Below, piece by piece: positions 61,440 through 64,000 of a stretch of 64,000 nt of DNA. Numbering within the stretch: position 1 is the first letter of the stretch; each line of letters opens with the position of its first letter. The translations under genes were made by a program, and so were the position numbers. Origin of the DNA: Nitrospirales bacterium (lineage in GTDB: Bacteria > Nitrospirota > Nitrospiria > Nitrospirales > UBA8639); NCBI GenBank assembly GCA_963555755.3, contig OY820905.2, positions 2,432,001 to 2,496,000 on the forward strand, in the 5' to 3' direction. Under the pieces are notes generated by a model. The model worked only from the letters and a program-made list of their open reading frames with translations. It had not been told where the DNA came from and did no database searches.

Positions 61440-61886
61440 TCACGCATCACGCATCACGAATTTATCTTCAAGCTCCAAACTTTTCACAAAATCGACGATC
61501 TCGCTCATAGTAGTCCCGGGAGGGAATAAATTGCGGATACCTTGTTCGCGAAGGTGTTGGACGTCTTCATCAGGGATGACTCCACCGCCGAATACGATAA
61601 TGTCATCGGCTCCTTGTTCTTTGAGCAGTTCCAATACACGGGGCAGCAGATAATTATGCGCTCCGGAATGTACGCTTAACCCGATCGCACGGACATCTTC
61701 TTGAATGGCAATGTTTACCACCTGTTCGGGGGTTTGGTGAAGACCCGTATAGATCACTTCCATACCAGCATCCCGAAGAGCACGCGCAACGAGCTTAATG
61801 CCCCGGTCATGCCCATCCAGGCCAACCTTTCCCACCAGCACGCGAATGGGTGGCTTTTGAGGCCCAACCTCTTGTGCGGCATTCAT
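61440..61886 (-). CDS. Acyl-CoA mutase cobalamin-binding subunit
   Basis: GLDGHDRG, IYTGL.QTPE, GGG.IP. Confidence 0.94.
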   Translation of the reverse strand: MNAAQEVGPQKPPIRVLVGKVGLDGHDRGIKLVARALRDAGMEVIYTGLHQTPEQVVNIAIQEDVRAIGLSVHSGAHNYLLPRVLELLKEQGADDIIVFGGGVIPDEDVQHLREQGIRNLFPPGTTMSEIVDFVKSLELEDKFVMRDA

Positions 61887-62722
61887 GGCACGGCCTCCAA
61901 AAAATATTTTCCTTCAATGTCCTTTTTGACATGCCCCATTGAGATCTTGGGGTCGTGTTCAAACACTAATAACCACTCCTCTTCACATGCCTGGTCGAGA
62001 ACCCACCGTTTTGATTCTAAGGTCTGCAGAGGGTACAGATCGTATCCCATGATGTAGGGAAGCGGCAGGTGGGACACGGTGGGGATAAGGTCACCGAGGT
62101 AGAGCGCGACCTTTCCTTCTGATTCGATTTTCACGACTTGGTGATGTTCCGTGTGCCCACCGGTGACCACGACCGAAAGACCAGGAAGGAGTTCTGTGTC
62201 CCCCTCGAGAAACTCCCATTGATTGCAATGCATTAGCGGAGTGAAATTTTCCCGCCGATAGCTGGCTTTGGTTCGTTCATTGGACCGGACGGCATCATTG
62301 TATTCACCTTGTTGCACAAAATACTTGGCTCGTGGGAAAGCGGGCACTGTCTGTCCTTGCTCATCTAAACAGGTATTTCCCCCGGCATGATCAAAATGGA
62401 GATGCGTGTTAATCACGAAGTGGATGTCGTCTGGAGCCAGGTCGAACTGGCTCAGTGAGTCTAATAATGTTGCTCTCCGCTCGACGGCAAACATCTTTTT
62501 GAACTTGTCATCGTTCTTTGAGCCGAGACCCGTATCCACCAAAATGTTTTTCCCATGCGCTCGTATCAAGAGCGGGGCGAGGCCCAGTTGAACTCGATTG
62601 AACTCATCAGCAGGGCAGCACCGTTCCCACAACACCCGAGGCACCACGCCAAACATCGCACCGCCGTCGAGTTTGAATTGCCCATCAGTCAATGGAATGA
62701 TGTCGAAGTTTCCAAGTTTCAT
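61883..62722 (-). CDS. Metallo-beta-lactamase-fold hydrolase (YtnP-like)
   Basis: LDGGAMFGVVP, THLHFDHAGG, GHT, EHDP. Confidence 0.92.
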   Translation of the reverse strand: MKLGNFDIIPLTDGQFKLDGGAMFGVVPRVLWERCCPADEFNRVQLGLAPLLIRAHGKNILVDTGLGSKNDDKFKKMFAVERRATLLDSLSQFDLAPDDIHFVINTHLHFDHAGGNTCLDEQGQTVPAFPRAKYFVQQGEYNDAVRSNERTKASYRRENFTPLMHCNQWEFLEGDTELLPGLSVVVTGGHTEHHQVVKIESEGKVALYLGDLIPTVSHLPLPYIMGYDLYPLQTLESKRWVLDQACEEEWLLVFEHDPKISMGHVKKDIEGKYFLEAVP

Positions 62723-62765
62723 AGTTTATGGCTTCGGTCCTTGTTCAATATTGTGAGCTCTCAAT

Positions 62766-62886
62766 TCCTCCCCTTTGTAAGGGGAGGTTCGGTGGGGTAG
62801 AGTCTTGCGATGGTGGAATAGATTCAAAAAACCTGCTCAGTCTACCCTTCTACCTCCCCTAACCCCTCCTTACAAAGGAGGGGAAT
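62766..62886. repeat. REP-like inverted element
   Basis: ttcctcccctttgtaaggggagg pairs with cccctccttacaaaggaggggaa. Confidence 0.75.
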
Positions 62887-62919
62887 GTTGGAACATTTAT
62901 TGATCACGTATCACTCTCA

Positions 62920-64000
62920 TCACAGCACCACCGGCTCCTGATACGTGCCAAAGACGTTCTTTAAATCTGCGCAAATTTCACCGAGGGTCGCATTTGCTTT
63001 GACCGCCGCAATGAGGTGCGGCATCATGTTTTCGCTCGACTGTGCCACTTCCTGTAATGCATGAAGACACTTCTTCACCTTCACGTCATCCCGTCGTTTC
63101 CTCAGGTCAGCTAAACGTTGATTTTGGTCTTGCTCCACTTCGGGCCCTATTTTGAGTGTCGGGATTTTGTGACATGTGTCGTCAACATGTTCATTGATCC
63201 CAATAATGGTTCGTTTCTGCTGCTCAACTTCTTGCTGGTATGTTTGTGACGCGTCCAGAATCTCTCGTTGTGGGAACCCTTGTTCAATGGCTTTGAGCAT
63301 CCCACCCATGCCATCAAGTTTCCTGAAATAGTCTTGGGCCCCCTCTTCCATTTGAGTGGTAAAGGATTCCAGAAAGAATGATCCCCCCAAGGGGTCCACT
63401 GTATTGGTGACTTCGCTTTCGCGCGCAATCACCTGTTGGGTTCGCAAGGCCAGGGTCACGGCTTCCTGAGTTGGGAGAGACAGCGTCTCATCCAGGGAAT
63501 TGGTGTGTAAGGATTGTGTCCCACCCAACACGGCAGCCAGGGCCTGCAACGTCGTACGAACCACGTTGTTCATAGGTTGCTGCGCGGTGAGGGAACATCC
63601 AGCTGTTTGGGCATGGCAGCGAAGTTGAAGTGAACGCGGGTTCTTTGGGTGGTAGCGTTTTTCGATCTCTTTGGCCCAGAGCCGACGAGCTGCACGGAAC
63701 TTCGCAATCTCTTCAAAGAAATCATTGTGCACATTGAAAAAGAAAGAGAGCTGAGGGGCAAACGCATCGATATCCAGCCCGGACTGCACAGCAGCTTCGA
63801 CATAGGTCAGGCCATCGTATAACGTAAATGCCAATTCCTGAATGGCAGTCGAACCAGCTTCCCGGATGTGATACCCGCTGATGCTAATGGGATGCCATTT
63901 GGGAACGTGTTCGCTGCAAAATTCGATCGTATCAACGATCAGGCGAAGATGCGGTTCCGGTGGAAACAGCCACTCCTTTTGCGCGATGTACTCTTTGAGA
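62920..64000 (-). CDS. Methylmalonyl-CoA mutase-family large subunit, 5' end outside the window
   Basis: ISISGYHIREAG, EEIAKFRAARR, HAQTAG.SLTAQQP.NN, HTNS.DE, ATLGEI. Confidence 0.95.
   Translation of the reverse strand, partial: LKEYIAQKEWLFPPEPHLRLIVDTIEFCSEHVPKWHPISISGYHIREAGSTAIQELAFTLYDGLTYVEAAVQSGLDIDAFAPQLSFFFNVHNDFFEEIAKFRAARRLWAKEIEKRYHPKNPRSLQLRCHAQTAGCSLTAQQPMNNVVRTTLQALAAVLGGTQSLHTNSLDETLSLPTQEAVTLALRTQQVIARESEVTNTVDPLGGSFFLESFTTQMEEGAQDYFRKLDGMGGMLKAIEQGFPQREILDASQTYQQEVEQQKRTIIGINEHVDDTCHKIPTLKIGPEVEQDQNQRLADLRKRRDDVKVKKCLHALQEVAQSSENMMPHLIAAVKANATLGEICADLKNVFGTYQEPVVL

Overview
Bacterial chromosomal window, probably from a marine or halotolerant Nitrospirales-type organism; this is inferred from gene content and repeat families, not from a marker gene. 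Core-like genes: a metal (Zn-type) ABC uptake operon with an outer-membrane protein, a frameshifted BCCT transporter opposite a fused glycine betaine methyltransferase, pntA1-pntA2-pntB, rpsU, nth, an OprO/P porin, phoBR-pstSCAB-phoU, a bacterial indoleamine 2,3-dioxygenase, lipA and a branched-chain acyl-CoA/B12-mutase operon. Mobile DNA is dense. At 1-2.2 kb an IS1595 with IRs and an 8-bp TSD sits in a group II intron remnant next to three MITE types, one nested in another. A MITE family with 5-bp TSDs inserted three times into the pst operon, once in frame into PstA and once separating PstB from its original start. An 11.8-kb region (36481-48268) bounded by inverted repeats and a decayed 8-bp TSD holds tandem modules with shared flanks but different cargo (TA pairs, ATPase, HTH genes), delimited by TGTCCCC/TGACCC-like motifs. 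The best candidates for undescribed systems are that modular array and a coupled diiron oxidase plus RRE(PqqD)-fused methyltransferase pair at 2326-4542. No rRNA, tRNA or CRISPR array was seen. All calls were made by eye; no database searches were run.
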